From NCBI GenBank assembly GCA_017467845.1, contig JAFUKH010000025.1:14041-78040 (forward strand): DNA of 64,000 nt. Reading direction: 5' to 3'. This document shows, piece after piece, positions 10,078 through 20,271 of this stretch. This DNA is from Lachnospiraceae bacterium (GTDB taxonomy: Bacteria > Bacillota > Clostridia > Lachnospirales > Lachnospiraceae). Under the pieces are notes generated by a model. It was not told the DNA's origin and did not search any database. It saw nothing but the letters and a program-made list of their open reading frames with translations. Position 1 is the stretch's first letter, and each line of letters starts with the position of its first letter. A program made the translations under genes and the position numbers.

Positions 10078-10794
10078 ATGTATATCGGTATATGCGAAGA
10101 TGAGGAAATACAACTGAATTACCTGCAGAAGCATATTACAACCTACTGCGAGAGAGCCGGAGAAGTGCTGAAAATGGAATGTTTCTCCGGGGCGGAGGAG
10201 CTTTTGTTTAAGTATGAACAGGACTTGCCCTTCGATTGTCTGCTTCTGGACATTCGTATGGGGAAAATGGATGGAATGGAGCTGGCTGTAAAGATACGGC
10301 AACGGGACAGGCAGTTACCCATTATCTTCGTGACAGGGGATAAGGATGCGGTATTTGACGGGTATAAGGTAGGTGCTGTCCGTTATCTGTTGAAGCCTAT
10401 CAAGGATGAAGAGCTGGCGGAGGCGCTTGACTATGTGAGGCAGGAGTACACCGGACAGAGTAAGGTTGCCGAAAAAGAGGATTATTTCTGCTTTAACTAT
10501 GCCGGAGAGTATACGAAGATTGACAAGAACGCTATTATAACCGTAGAGGTACAGGGACACTATATCACCCTGCATGCGGAGAAGGAGTACACCTTTAAGG
10601 AGACCATGCGAGGCATCCGGGAGAAGCTGGCAGATGAGCGTTTTGTGCCGGCCAGTCGCTCGGTGCTGGTGAATCTGGAGCATGTGAAGTCCATCACCAG
10701 AAGGTCGTGCAGACTTTCCACGGGGCAAGTGATCCCCTTAAGCCGAAGTTGTTACAATGATTTTAATCAGGCATTTATTAAGCGCTATGTATAA
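10078..10794 (+). CDS. LytTR-family response regulator
   Basis: Receiver (ICEDE, LLDIRM, YLLKP) plus LytTR domain (SRSVLVNLEHV, IPLSRS). Confidence 0.92.
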   Translation: MYIGICEDEEIQLNYLQKHITTYCERAGEVLKMECFSGAEELLFKYEQDLPFDCLLLDIRMGKMDGMELAVKIRQRDRQLPIIFVTGDKDAVFDGYKVGAVRYLLKPIKDEELAEALDYVRQEYTGQSKVAEKEDYFCFNYAGEYTKIDKNAIITVEVQGHYITLHAEKEYTFKETMRGIREKLADERFVPASRSVLVNLEHVKSITRRSCRLSTGQVIPLSRSCYNDFNQAFIKRYV

Positions 10795-10804
10795 GAGAGA
10801 AGAT

Positions 10805-11539
10805 ATGGGACAAATGGGGACGATGATAATTGCAGGATATGCAGTGGTGATTACACTGGTATTTCTGTGGTATCTGATATTTAGAAAGCGGCAGCAGGAC
10901 AAGCATTACTATGCTTATCAGGACAAGGTTTTAAAAGAACAGATGGAAGAGATGAACGGCATCTACATGACTATGCGTGGGTGGCGTCATGATTATCACA
11001 ACCACATGCAGACTATTAAAGCGCATCTGGAGACAGAGCAGGTTGCGGAGGCTACCGGGTATCTGGACAGGATGGAGGATGCGCTGGAGCAGATAGACTT
11101 TGAGTACAAGACCGGCAATATTGGTGTAGATGCTATCTTAAACAGCAAGCTTTCCATTGCGAAAAAGCACAATATGGAGATAAAGTGTGATGCGGTGCTA
11201 TCCGGGGAAATTACGATTCCTCAGATTGATCTGTGTGTGCTGTTGGGAAATCTGGTGGATAATGCCATTGAGGCCTGCGACAAAATGGAGGAAGGCCAGC
11301 GCAAATTCTTACGCATCTACATGTGTATCCGTCAAAGTCAGCTATACATATCTGTGGCAAATGCCACAAATGAAGTCATCCGCAAGCTGGACAAGGACTA
11401 TATCAGTAACAAACGGGGCAATCATGGCCATGGCCTAAAGCGCATCAACCTGATTGTGGAGAAGCACAGCGGCTACATCAATCGCCAGAATGAACCGGGC
11501 GTGTTTGTGACGGAGGTTATGTTACCGCTTGCGCACTAA
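10805..11539 (+). CDS. Minimal GHKL histidine kinase (AgrC/LytS-like), single TM
   Basis: WRHDYHNH H-box, GNLVDNAIEA N-box, HGHGLK G-box; start placed at ATG 10805. Confidence 0.85.
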   Translation: MGQMGTMIIAGYAVVITLVFLWYLIFRKRQQDKHYYAYQDKVLKEQMEEMNGIYMTMRGWRHDYHNHMQTIKAHLETEQVAEATGYLDRMEDALEQIDFEYKTGNIGVDAILNSKLSIAKKHNMEIKCDAVLSGEITIPQIDLCVLLGNLVDNAIEACDKMEEGQRKFLRIYMCIRQSQLYISVANATNEVIRKLDKDYISNKRGNHGHGLKRINLIVEKHSGYINRQNEPGVFVTEVMLPLAH

Positions 11540-11563
11540 TTTTTGCATTTCAGGAACTAATTT
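11523..11563 (+). promoter_or_regulatory. Candidate LytTR operator, direct repeat with 21-bp period
   Basis: TACCGCTTG..ACTAATTT / TGCATTTCA..ACTAATTT, 21 bp apart, upstream of a TATATT -10 and the ABC genes. Confidence 0.45.
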
Positions 11564-11655
11564 ACAAAAGAAAAAAGAGTTATATTAGAATGAGCATGTG
11601 GAAAACACATGCTTATTCTGTTGTAGAGACTTGTGTATCCGGAAAGCGAGAGGGT

Positions 11656-13503
11656 ATGAAAAAGAAAGAGAAACCAAGGTATTCATTTTACAGTAATATA
11701 GGCTTTGTTTTAAATGTTATGTACGAGGATATGGGCTGGCGCACATGGGTGGTTCTGGCTGCATTGGTTCTTAGCCAGTTTGCAGGCATTGCGCTGGGAG
11801 TGGTGATTCCGGCGGTGGCAGTACATATTATTGAGCAGAAGCTGGGAGTACGCGCTTTTTGCATCGGTGTGGGCGGAGTGGCTCTACTGAAGGGAATATT
11901 GTCTCACGTGGAGGAGAATGCCAAGAAGTACTGGGAATATTATGGAACATTTACCCGTAGCTTTACCTTCGTGGAGAGAACCATAGAGAAGTCGCTGAGC
12001 ACCGATTACAAGAATATGGAAAGCCACAAGAATCATAGATTGATTGGGCTCGCCAGTGCTGCTTCGGATGGAAATTGGACGGGAATTGAGCGAGTGTATA
12101 AGGAGATTCCCTATGTGCTGATAAATGCCTTGGGATTAGTGGCCTATGGCAGTGCCATTGTGACGGTGGACATCCGCATTCTGATTGTGTTGGTACTGAT
12201 GCTGATTTGCAACATTTATTCTAATAAATTTGCCAGGGACTTTGTGAAGCGTACCAGAGAAGTGGATGCGGAGGTAAACCGGAAATTCTGGTATCTGACC
12301 GACAAATCCAGGGATATTGTAGCCGGTAAGGATGCCCGTATATATCGTATGGAAAACTGGTTTGGGAACCTTTTGGAAAGCTATGTAGAGAAGGGGGTAG
12401 CGTGGCAGAAGAGGGTGGAGAAGCATTACTATCTTCCGGTATTTTCCGATTCTGTGTTTATTGCCTTAAGGGACGTGCTGGCTTACGTGATTTTGATAGG
12501 GTTGGCAGTGCGGGGAGAGATTACCTTGGCTACCTTTACTCTGATGTTTGGTGTAATCAGTGAATTCTCCAATTGGCTCTTTGGTTTTGTGGGAGCTTAT
12601 AATGAGATAGTGGATCGTAGTGTATCCATCTCGGATTTGCGTACACTGCTGGACTTTGAGGATTCTTTTTTGCATGGTCAGGGAAAAGTGCCGGATTTTG
12701 CCAAGGGAGCACCGGACATAGAGCTTTGCAATGTATCCTTCTGGTATGATTCTGAGGAGGAGAAGATTTTAGAGAATATCAATTTACATATAACGCCCGG
12801 TGAGAAGCTGGCACTGGTGGGGAATAACGGTGCCGGTAAGACTACGCTGGTGAAGCTTCTTTGCGGCTTTTATCAGCCTACGGAAGGAGAGATTCTGGTG
12901 AATGGCATTCCCATTCACGAATACGATATCGAGCAGTATTTTAAGCTTCTGGGTGTGGTGTTTCAGGATGTAGAAGAGCAGGCCTTTACGCTCCTTAGTC
13001 AGGTGGCTTGTGTGAGGGAAGAAGAGGCAGATAAAGAGCTTTTCTGGAAGGCGATTAAGGAGGCCGGTCTGTACGAGAAGGTAAACAGTCTGGAAAAGAA
13101 GGAATATACCTCCATTACGCCCATATTGGATGAGAAGGGAATCCGCTTTTCCGGTGGCGAGATGCAGAAGCTGATGCTGGCAAGATGCATCTACAAAAAC
13201 GCACCATTCCTTATCTTGGATGAGCCCACCGCTGCACTGGATCCTATCGCGGAAAGTGCTATGTATGAGGAGTATGGAAAGCTTACGCAGAATAAGACCA
13301 GCTTGTTTATTTCTCATCGCCTTGCAAGTACCCGCTTCTGCGACCGTATTATTTTCTTGGAAAACGGGCAGATTCGGGAGATGGGAAGCCATGAGGAGCT
13401 GATGAAGCAGGGCGGAAGATATGCCCGCATCTATGATATTCAGAGTCATTATTACAGGGAAGATGCCAAGGAAGGGGATATGAAGGCTGCGTATGAGGGT
13501 TAA
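11656..13503 (+). CDS. ABC exporter (TMD+NBD), subunit 1
   Basis: TM region, GNNGAGKTT, FSGGEMQK, LDEPT, SHR; start placed after GAGGGT. Confidence 0.9.
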   Translation: MKKKEKPRYSFYSNIGFVLNVMYEDMGWRTWVVLAALVLSQFAGIALGVVIPAVAVHIIEQKLGVRAFCIGVGGVALLKGILSHVEENAKKYWEYYGTFTRSFTFVERTIEKSLSTDYKNMESHKNHRLIGLASAASDGNWTGIERVYKEIPYVLINALGLVAYGSAIVTVDIRILIVLVLMLICNIYSNKFARDFVKRTREVDAEVNRKFWYLTDKSRDIVAGKDARIYRMENWFGNLLESYVEKGVAWQKRVEKHYYLPVFSDSVFIALRDVLAYVILIGLAVRGEITLATFTLMFGVISEFSNWLFGFVGAYNEIVDRSVSISDLRTLLDFEDSFLHGQGKVPDFAKGAPDIELCNVSFWYDSEEEKILENINLHITPGEKLALVGNNGAGKTTLVKLLCGFYQPTEGEILVNGIPIHEYDIEQYFKLLGVVFQDVEEQAFTLLSQVACVREEEADKELFWKAIKEAGLYEKVNSLEKKEYTSITPILDEKGIRFSGGEMQKLMLARCIYKNAPFLILDEPTAALDPIAESAMYEEYGKLTQNKTSLFISHRLASTRFCDRIIFLENGQIREMGSHEELMKQGGRYARIYDIQSHYYREDAKEGDMKAAYEG

Positions 13504-15340
13504 AGATATTTGGCAGAAAAATGCCAAAATCATAAAGTGGATTCATAAGGAGTGTGCCTCCTATCTTCCGCTGATGTTGCTGGAGGAGGCAATAAGGACG
13601 GTGCGTCTATACTTAAATATCTGGGTGAGTGCTCAGGTAGTGGACCGGATTGTGGCAGGCCATTCTCAGGAGGAGATTACTCACCTTGCATTCTTTCTGG
13701 TAATGCTAAGCTGTGTACTGGCGCTGCTTCAGTGGGGCATTGATAAGGTGCTCATCGTCATGCGCAGACGTGTGGAAAATGGCTGGAAAGTATCCATGGC
13801 GCGCAAGTCTCTGACGATGGATTATCAGGTGCTGGAGAATGGGAAGACCCAGGATATCGTAAAGCAGATTGAAGAGGGCGAGAATTATGCCGGAGGAATC
13901 AATGGGTATTGTCAGAATCTGGCATGGGTTTCCAAGTGCGTCCTGGTGGTAATCTACTCTGTATTTGCACTGATACCACTGTTTCGGGCACAGGTGTTGC
14001 CGGAAAGTGGATTGAAAAAAACATTGGTGGATGTTTTAAACAGTGGCTGGATTGGAGCGATGGTAATCTTTATGTTCGGTGTGATGGTAATATACCTATA
14101 CAAGCTGATGAAAAGGATTACAGAGGTGCAGAATCGAAACTTCGAGTGTGCAATACCCAATAATCGGAGGTTCTTCTACTTTAAGTCTTATATCATGGAT
14201 TATGCCAAGGGCAAGAGCGTGCGTATTTATAATATGCTGCCGCTGGTTATGCAGAAGGTAAAAGAAGTAGCGGAGAACAATCGGAGACTCTGGGATGGTG
14301 AGGTGCAGCAGCTTCGGAGGATTAATGTGCGTCATAAGGGGCTCTTTAGCATATGTCTGCTTTTGGCATATCTTTATGTGGGGCTGAAGGTTCTCGGCGG
14401 AGCGGTCAGCATCGGTGAGCTGGCATTTTATGTGGGAATCATCATGAACCTGTTTGAATGTATCAGCAATACCATGGATATTGTGAGCTTTATGATGTTA
14501 AAGAGTGAGTACCTTTTTAATTATGTGGAGTACCTAGATCTTCCCAACGAAAAGTACGACGGTACCTTGCCGGTGGAGAAGCGTCTGGACAATGAGTATG
14601 AGCTGGAATTCCGCAATGTGTCCTTCCACTATCCTAACAGTGAAGAGATGGTGCTGGATCATGTAAATGCTAAGATACATGTGGGCAGGAAAATGGCCAT
14701 CGTGGGACCGAACGGCTGCGGAAAGTCCACCTTTATAAAGCTTCTTTGCAGATTGTATGACCCCACGGAGGGGGAGATACTGTTAAATGGTATCGATATC
14801 CGTAAGTATGATTATGATGAGTATCGGAACCTATTTGGTGTAGTATTTCAGGATTTTCAGCTCTTTGCCTTTTCTGTGGCTCAGAACGTGGCAGCAGGAA
14901 CGGATTATGATGTGGATAGAGTATGGTCTTGTTTGGAGCAGGCAGGCCTGAAAAAGCGCGTGACGGAATGGGAAAAGGGGATAGAGACCGCTATTTATAA
15001 GCAGGATGATGAGGGCGTGGAGATTTCCGGCGGAGAGGCCCAAAAGCTGGCCATCGCCCGAGCCCTTTACCGGGATGCGCCGGTGGTAATCTTGGATGAA
15101 CCCACCGCTGCTTTAGACCCCATCGCAGAGCTGGAAATCTACGAGAAATTCAATGAACTGGTGGAGGACAAAACGGCGATTTTTATCTCTCACCGAATGT
15201 CCAGCTGCAGGTTCTGTAAGAATATATTAGTGTTTGATGGTGGACAGATTGTTCAGATGGGAAGTCATGAGCAGCTGTTAGAGAATAAGGAAGGCTTGTA
15301 CACGCAGTTATGGAATGCACAGGCGCAGTATTATAGTTAA
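13493..15340 (+). CDS. ABC exporter (TMD+NBD), subunit 2
   Basis: GPNGCGKST, ISGGEAQK, LDEPT; overlaps the previous gene. Confidence 0.9.
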   Translation: MRVKDIWQKNAKIIKWIHKECASYLPLMLLEEAIRTVRLYLNIWVSAQVVDRIVAGHSQEEITHLAFFLVMLSCVLALLQWGIDKVLIVMRRRVENGWKVSMARKSLTMDYQVLENGKTQDIVKQIEEGENYAGGINGYCQNLAWVSKCVLVVIYSVFALIPLFRAQVLPESGLKKTLVDVLNSGWIGAMVIFMFGVMVIYLYKLMKRITEVQNRNFECAIPNNRRFFYFKSYIMDYAKGKSVRIYNMLPLVMQKVKEVAENNRRLWDGEVQQLRRINVRHKGLFSICLLLAYLYVGLKVLGGAVSIGELAFYVGIIMNLFECISNTMDIVSFMMLKSEYLFNYVEYLDLPNEKYDGTLPVEKRLDNEYELEFRNVSFHYPNSEEMVLDHVNAKIHVGRKMAIVGPNGCGKSTFIKLLCRLYDPTEGEILLNGIDIRKYDYDEYRNLFGVVFQDFQLFAFSVAQNVAAGTDYDVDRVWSCLEQAGLKKRVTEWEKGIETAIYKQDDEGVEISGGEAQKLAIARALYRDAPVVILDEPTAALDPIAELEIYEKFNELVEDKTAIFISHRMSSCRFCKNILVFDGGQIVQMGSHEQLLENKEGLYTQLWNAQAQYYS

Positions 15341-15344
15341 GTTC

Positions 15345-15386
15345 GCAGCCGCACCCTCGCAAATGGTGCGGCTGTGTCTTTTTTTT
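15345..15386 (+). terminator. Intrinsic terminator
   Basis: GCAGCCGCACC/GGTGCGGCTGT stem followed by a T-run. Confidence 0.75.
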
Positions 15387-15437
15387 ATGCATTGGATGTG
15401 GTAAACTATATATAAGATACAATGCGTGAGGTATGCC

Positions 15438-18400
15438 ATGTTTAACGAAAAGGAACGTAACAATCTGTTTTTACGACAAAGCTGTCTGGATTCCTGGGAG
15501 GAATATTGTAATTGGTTGGAGTCCGGAAAAGGCTGGGATTATATTGTTCTCACAGCGTCCAATGAGGCTCAGGCAGAAGGATATCGTCAGGAGATTGCAC
15601 ACCGAAAAGAACAGGGTTTCTTGCCGAAGGAATGTGAGTATATTGTACTTGCAGACCCGGAAGGAAAGCGTGTGGGCTCCGGGGGAGCTACTTTCAATGT
15701 ACTAAAATATCTGGCCTGTACCTATAGTGCAGGGAAGGCAGATGTGTTTCATGGCAGTCGCATTCTGGTGATTCATTCCGGTGGAGACAGTAAGCGTATT
15801 CCTCAGTACAGTGTGTGTGGAAAGCTTTTTTCTCTTGTACCGAGACTGTTACCGGATGGAAGACCGTCCACATTATTTGATGAATTTATGGTTTCCATGT
15901 CTGCTGTGGCAGGGAGATTCCGTGAGGGCATGCTGGTTTTATCCGGGGATGTGCTACTTTTGTTTAATCCCTTGCAGCTGGATTTCCAATATCGGGGAGC
16001 GGCAGCCATCTCTATCAAGGAGCCGGTGAGTATCGGTAAGAATCACGGTGTATTCTTGAATAATGGTCAGGGATATGTGGGAAGATTCTTACATAAGAAG
16101 AGCGAGAAAGAGCTTGCAGAGCTGGGAGCTGTTAACGGTAAGGGTAATGTAGACTTGGATACCGGTGCGGTGCTTTTGGATGCAGAGCTTTTAGAGGCGT
16201 TATATTCCTTAATTAGTGTGGAGGGCGTATATAACGAAGCAGCATTCGAAAAATATGTAAATGATAAGGCTAGAATCAGTTTTTATGGGGACTTTTTGTA
16301 TCCCTTAGCAACGGATTCTACTTTGGAGGATTATTATAAAGAAGCCCCGGAGGGCAGCCTGTGTCAGGAACTGTTAGATTGCAGAACCTGTATTTGGGAG
16401 GCTTTGTCACCATTTCAAATGAAATTAATCTGTTTGTCTCCGGCGCAGTTCATTCATTTTGGAACTACATGGGAGCTTGTTCAGTTGATGACAGAGCAGA
16501 CGGAGGATTATCATTATCTGGACTGGCAAAGGACTGTAGGAACGAATCTGGAGAATCCGGAGTTTGCAGTATATAACAGTGTGATTTCCAAGGAAGCGGA
16601 TATTGATGAGGATTGCTATATTGAGAATTCCCTGGTGGAAGGAGCGATACAGATTGGCGGTCCAACCGTGATTTCCGGACTTCGGCTGAAGGCTGAGAGG
16701 GGACAGAGGATTCGTATCCCGGGCGGAGTTACGCTTCATGGAGTGCAATTGGAGGATGAAAAATATGTAGTTCGTATCTATGGCCTTCAGGACAATCCCA
16801 AGAGTACTTTGGAAAAGGGCGGTCTTTGGCTTGGTCAGCCACTCAGTAAGGTGATGGAGTATTATTCCTTTACTGAGGAGGATTTGTGGGGTGAGGATAG
16901 CCGCGGTGAGGATGCGCATTACCTATGGTTTGCGAATCTTTATGTACCTTGCGATACTATGAAGAAAGCTGTAGAAATGGCACTTTTAGTGCATAAAATC
17001 TTTATGCTGGATGCAGATGCCAAGGAGCTGGAGGAGTGGCGAAATCAGCCAAGGATGAGCCTTTACAGTAGCTTTAACCAGGCGAAGGTGGGAAGTTATC
17101 GACTCTTTAATCAGGAAGTAACAGAGCAGATCTGCCGGGAGTGCTTTTTAGAAAAGCTTCGCAGAAGAGAAAGTTATGAAGAGGCGCTGGATGTATTTAA
17201 GGCCCATGGGATTTCGAAGGTACAGTTTAATAATTATATGAGATTGGCAGAGGAAGAAGATTTTTCTGTTAAAATCAGAATATATTATGCACTGGCTAAG
17301 TATGTGAGAGCCAATAAAAATATAGTGTTTGGAGTGAACGCAAGGGAGCTGGAGCAAAAATGCTTCACCACAATCAGTCAGGAAATATGTGCAGCTAATA
17401 TAGGCAAACTGGGGCAGATGAAGGATGCTCACATCAAAAAAGAGTTGGTAGAAGTAAAGCTGCCTATCCGTGTGAACTTCGGTGGCGGCTGGACGGATAC
17501 CCCGCCGTATTGTAATGAAAACGGTGGACTTGTATTAAATGCGGCACTTCAGTTAAATGGAATAAATCCTATTCAGGTTACGGTACGGAGACTTAAGGAA
17601 CTCCGTATTGAGTTTGCCAGTGAAGATATTGGTGTAGAAGGGATAGCAACCTCCGTTGAGGAAATTCAGGATTGTAAGAATCCCTTTGACCATTTTGCAC
17701 TGCACAAGGCGGCGCTTCTGGCATCCGGAATTATCCCTATGGAGGGAGAGAATTCCTGTCTGGAGGAGATTCTTTCAAAGCTGGGTGGTGGTATTTTCCT
17801 TTCCACCAAGGTGATAGGAATTCCTAAGGGCTCCGGACTGGGAACCAGCAGTATTCTCGCCGGGGCGTGTATTAAGGCTCTTTATGAGTTTATGGATATG
17901 CCTCTTTCTCAGGCGGCACTGTACGATATTGTGCTTTGTATGGAGCAGATTATGAGTACCGGTGGTGGCTGGCAGGATCAGGTAGGGGGCTTGTGCCCGG
18001 GAATTAAAATGATTTCGTCGGAAGCCGGGCTGGAACAGCTGCTTTCTGTAGAGAATGTAGAGATTTCAACCGAAACAGCGCAGAAACTGCAGCAGCGTTT
18101 CGCATTGATTTATACTGGCCAGCGCAGGCTTGCCCGTAATCTTCTCCGTGATGTGGTTGGAGGCTATGTGGGAGGCAGAAAGCTTTCAGTAGAGGCTCTT
18201 TCTAAAATGAAGGAAGTGGCAGTGCAGATGAAGGATGCTCTTGTAGAGGGCGATATTGATGAGTTTGCGCAACTTTTAAATCGGCATTGGGAGCTGTCTC
18301 TGCAGCTGGATAAGGGAGCGTCCAATACTTGCATTGATCAGATTTTTGCCTCCTGTGAGGATTTAATCTGCGGTAAGTTTATCTGCGGAGCCGGTGGTGG

Positions 18401-18518
18401 TGGATTCCTACAGGTGATTTTAAAAGAAAATGTTACCAAGCAGATGCTGGAAGAGCGATTATATGAGATTTTTCAGGATAGCGGTGTGTGTGTCTGGGAT
18501 AGTAGGTTTGTTCTTTGA
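15438..18518 (+). CDS. fkp: Bifunctional L-fucokinase / GDP-L-fucose pyrophosphorylase
   Basis: N-terminal RVGSGGAT, IHSGGDSKR, FIHFGTT; C-terminal GHMP kinase PIRVNFGGGWTDTPP, PKGSGLGTSS, GGGWQDQ, GAGGGGF. Confidence 0.9.
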   Translation: MFNEKERNNLFLRQSCLDSWEEYCNWLESGKGWDYIVLTASNEAQAEGYRQEIAHRKEQGFLPKECEYIVLADPEGKRVGSGGATFNVLKYLACTYSAGKADVFHGSRILVIHSGGDSKRIPQYSVCGKLFSLVPRLLPDGRPSTLFDEFMVSMSAVAGRFREGMLVLSGDVLLLFNPLQLDFQYRGAAAISIKEPVSIGKNHGVFLNNGQGYVGRFLHKKSEKELAELGAVNGKGNVDLDTGAVLLDAELLEALYSLISVEGVYNEAAFEKYVNDKARISFYGDFLYPLATDSTLEDYYKEAPEGSLCQELLDCRTCIWEALSPFQMKLICLSPAQFIHFGTTWELVQLMTEQTEDYHYLDWQRTVGTNLENPEFAVYNSVISKEADIDEDCYIENSLVEGAIQIGGPTVISGLRLKAERGQRIRIPGGVTLHGVQLEDEKYVVRIYGLQDNPKSTLEKGGLWLGQPLSKVMEYYSFTEEDLWGEDSRGEDAHYLWFANLYVPCDTMKKAVEMALLVHKIFMLDADAKELEEWRNQPRMSLYSSFNQAKVGSYRLFNQEVTEQICRECFLEKLRRRESYEEALDVFKAHGISKVQFNNYMRLAEEEDFSVKIRIYYALAKYVRANKNIVFGVNARELEQKCFTTISQEICAANIGKLGQMKDAHIKKELVEVKLPIRVNFGGGWTDTPPYCNENGGLVLNAALQLNGINPIQVTVRRLKELRIEFASEDIGVEGIATSVEEIQDCKNPFDHFALHKAALLASGIIPMEGENSCLEEILSKLGGGIFLSTKVIGIPKGSGLGTSSILAGACIKALYEFMDMPLSQAALYDIVLCMEQIMSTGGGWQDQVGGLCPGIKMISSEAGLEQLLSVENVEISTETAQKLQQRFALIYTGQRRLARNLLRDVVGGYVGGRKLSVEALSKMKEVAVQMKDALVEGDIDEFAQLLNRHWELSLQLDKGASNTCIDQIFASCEDLICGKFICGAGGGGFLQVILKENVTKQMLEERLYEIFQDSGVCVWDSRFVL

Positions 18519-18565
18519 CAGACGCGGACGGGTATGCAATAATAAAAGTGAGGGAGCTATAAGGT

Positions 18566-19285
18566 ATGTATAGTTTTTCAGGTAGAATTAGATATAGTGA
18601 GTGCGACCATGAGAAGAAGCTATCACTTCCGGCATTGATAAATTATTTTCAGGATTGTTCTACCCAGCATTCGGAAGATATTGGTATGGGTTTTGACTAT
18701 ATGGAGCCGCTGCATGTGGTATGGGTGCTGGCTGCATGGCAGATTGTGATACACAGATTTCCGAAAATAGGTGAAGCTGTTGAAATTGGTACATTGCCCT
18801 ATGATTTCAAGGGCTTTGTAGGTCTTCGTAATTTCTCTATGAAGAGCGCAGACGGAGAACTTTTGGCAGTTGCAAATTCTCAATGGACTTTGATTAGTAC
18901 CGATACGATGAAGCCGATGAAGCCAACAGAGAAGATGTTGGAGGCGTACGTGGTGGAGCCTAAATTAGAAATGGACTATGCGGGAAGAAAGATTACCATC
19001 CCGGAAGAGTGTCATAGGGAAGAGAGTTTTCAAGTACTGCGTAACCATTTGGATACCAATAATCATGTAAATAATGGACAGTATGTGTCTATGGCGGCAG
19101 CGTATATTCCGGAAGGCAGAAGCATTAGCCAGATGCGGGCGGAGTATAAGATTCAGGCTCGCCTGGGGGATATTATTGTGCCCATGGTTTCTGTGGAGGA
19201 GACGAAAGCGTATGTATCCTTGCAGAATGAACAGGGACAGGTGTATTGTAACGTTCAATTTATGTTCAGAACCAAGCGATTATAA
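18566..19285 (+). CDS. Acyl-ACP thioesterase
   Basis: RIRYSECD, FQDCS, WVL, catalytic DTNNHVNN; double hotdog length. Confidence 0.9.
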   Translation: MYSFSGRIRYSECDHEKKLSLPALINYFQDCSTQHSEDIGMGFDYMEPLHVVWVLAAWQIVIHRFPKIGEAVEIGTLPYDFKGFVGLRNFSMKSADGELLAVANSQWTLISTDTMKPMKPTEKMLEAYVVEPKLEMDYAGRKITIPEECHREESFQVLRNHLDTNNHVNNGQYVSMAAAYIPEGRSISQMRAEYKIQARLGDIIVPMVSVEETKAYVSLQNEQGQVYCNVQFMFRTKRL

Positions 19286-19405
19286 CCGGACTTTGAACGT
19301 CAAGCTTGCTTGTAAGGGCAGAGTACAGGTTAAAAGCATTTGGCGAGAGCCAAATGATGAGCAAAAGGAAAGCTGCGAAGCAGCGATTTTGCGAATGGTT
19401 CTGAA
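19265..19405 (+). repeat. Structured hairpin element, copy B (overlaps the thioesterase 3' end)
   Basis: Perfect 10-bp terminal IR TTCAGAACCA/TGGTTCTGAA; CAAGC-TT-GCTTG; ATGAGCAAAA..GCTGC-GAA-GCAGC..TTTGCGAA. Confidence 0.8.
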
Positions 19406-19434
19406 AAAGTATAGAATAAAGAAAGTGATAAAGT

Positions 19435-20271
19435 ATGATTAAATTAGGTGAATTACAGCAGCTTGTAATTATAAAAAAAGTAGATTTCGGAGTGTATCTG
19501 GCACCCGGCAAGGAAGAGGCAGAGGACAGAGTACTCCTTCCGATGAAGCAGCTTCCGGAGGGAAAGGATATCGGAGATAGTTTAGAGGTGTTTGTATACC
19601 GTGATTCCAAGGACAGAATCATCGCTACTACAACCATTCCTAAGCTGACCATGGGGCAGGTGGCACTTCTGAGTGTAGTACAGACGAACAAGTTTGGTGC
19701 CTTTTTGGACTGGGGGCTTGAAAAGGATTTAATGCTTCCTTTTAAGCAGCAGCTTTTTCGCGTAAAACCGGGGGATGAGGTACTTGTATCTCTTTATATT
19801 GATAAAAGTGACAGACTTTGTGCTACAATGAATGTATATAATAATCTTCGTGCGGACAGCACTTATAAAAAGGATGATATGGTAACCGGCAGAGTGTATA
19901 CTATCAGTGAGGAGTTTGGCGCTTTTGTGGCGGTGGATGATATTTATTCTGCACTCATTCCCAAGAAGGAGATGTATGGCAGCCTTAAATCCGGAGAGGT
20001 AATTACCGCCAGAGTGACTGAGGTGAAGCCGGACGGAAGATTGTCTCTCAGCATTCGTGAGAAGGGCCTTGCTCAGATTGAGAAGGATGCCGAGGAGGTG
20101 CTTCGCATTATAGACAGCTACGACGGTGTACTTCCTTTTAATGACAAGGTGTCACCGGAGATTATTAAAAGAGAGACAGGCATGAGTAAAAATGAGTTTA
20201 AGCGTGCAGTTGGAAATCTCTTGAAAGCAGGAAAAATCGAAATCGGAGAAAAGGTAATTCGTAGAAAATAG
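19435..20271 (+). CDS. cvfB: CvfB-family S1 RNA-binding protein
   Basis: FGVYL, GAFLDWGLEKDL, three S1-like repeats, C-terminal winged helix MSKNEFKRAVG. Confidence 0.88.
   Translation: MIKLGELQQLVIIKKVDFGVYLAPGKEEAEDRVLLPMKQLPEGKDIGDSLEVFVYRDSKDRIIATTTIPKLTMGQVALLSVVQTNKFGAFLDWGLEKDLMLPFKQQLFRVKPGDEVLVSLYIDKSDRLCATMNVYNNLRADSTYKKDDMVTGRVYTISEEFGAFVAVDDIYSALIPKKEMYGSLKSGEVITARVTEVKPDGRLSLSIREKGLAQIEKDAEEVLRIIDSYDGVLPFNDKVSPEIIKRETGMSKNEFKRAVGNLLKAGKIEIGEKVIRRK

Noticed and set aside
12784-13533. Long antisense ORFs (also 31003..31776, 23092..23628, 1973..2458, 16425..16919)
   Set aside because: Shadows of well-supported plus-strand genes with no motifs of their own
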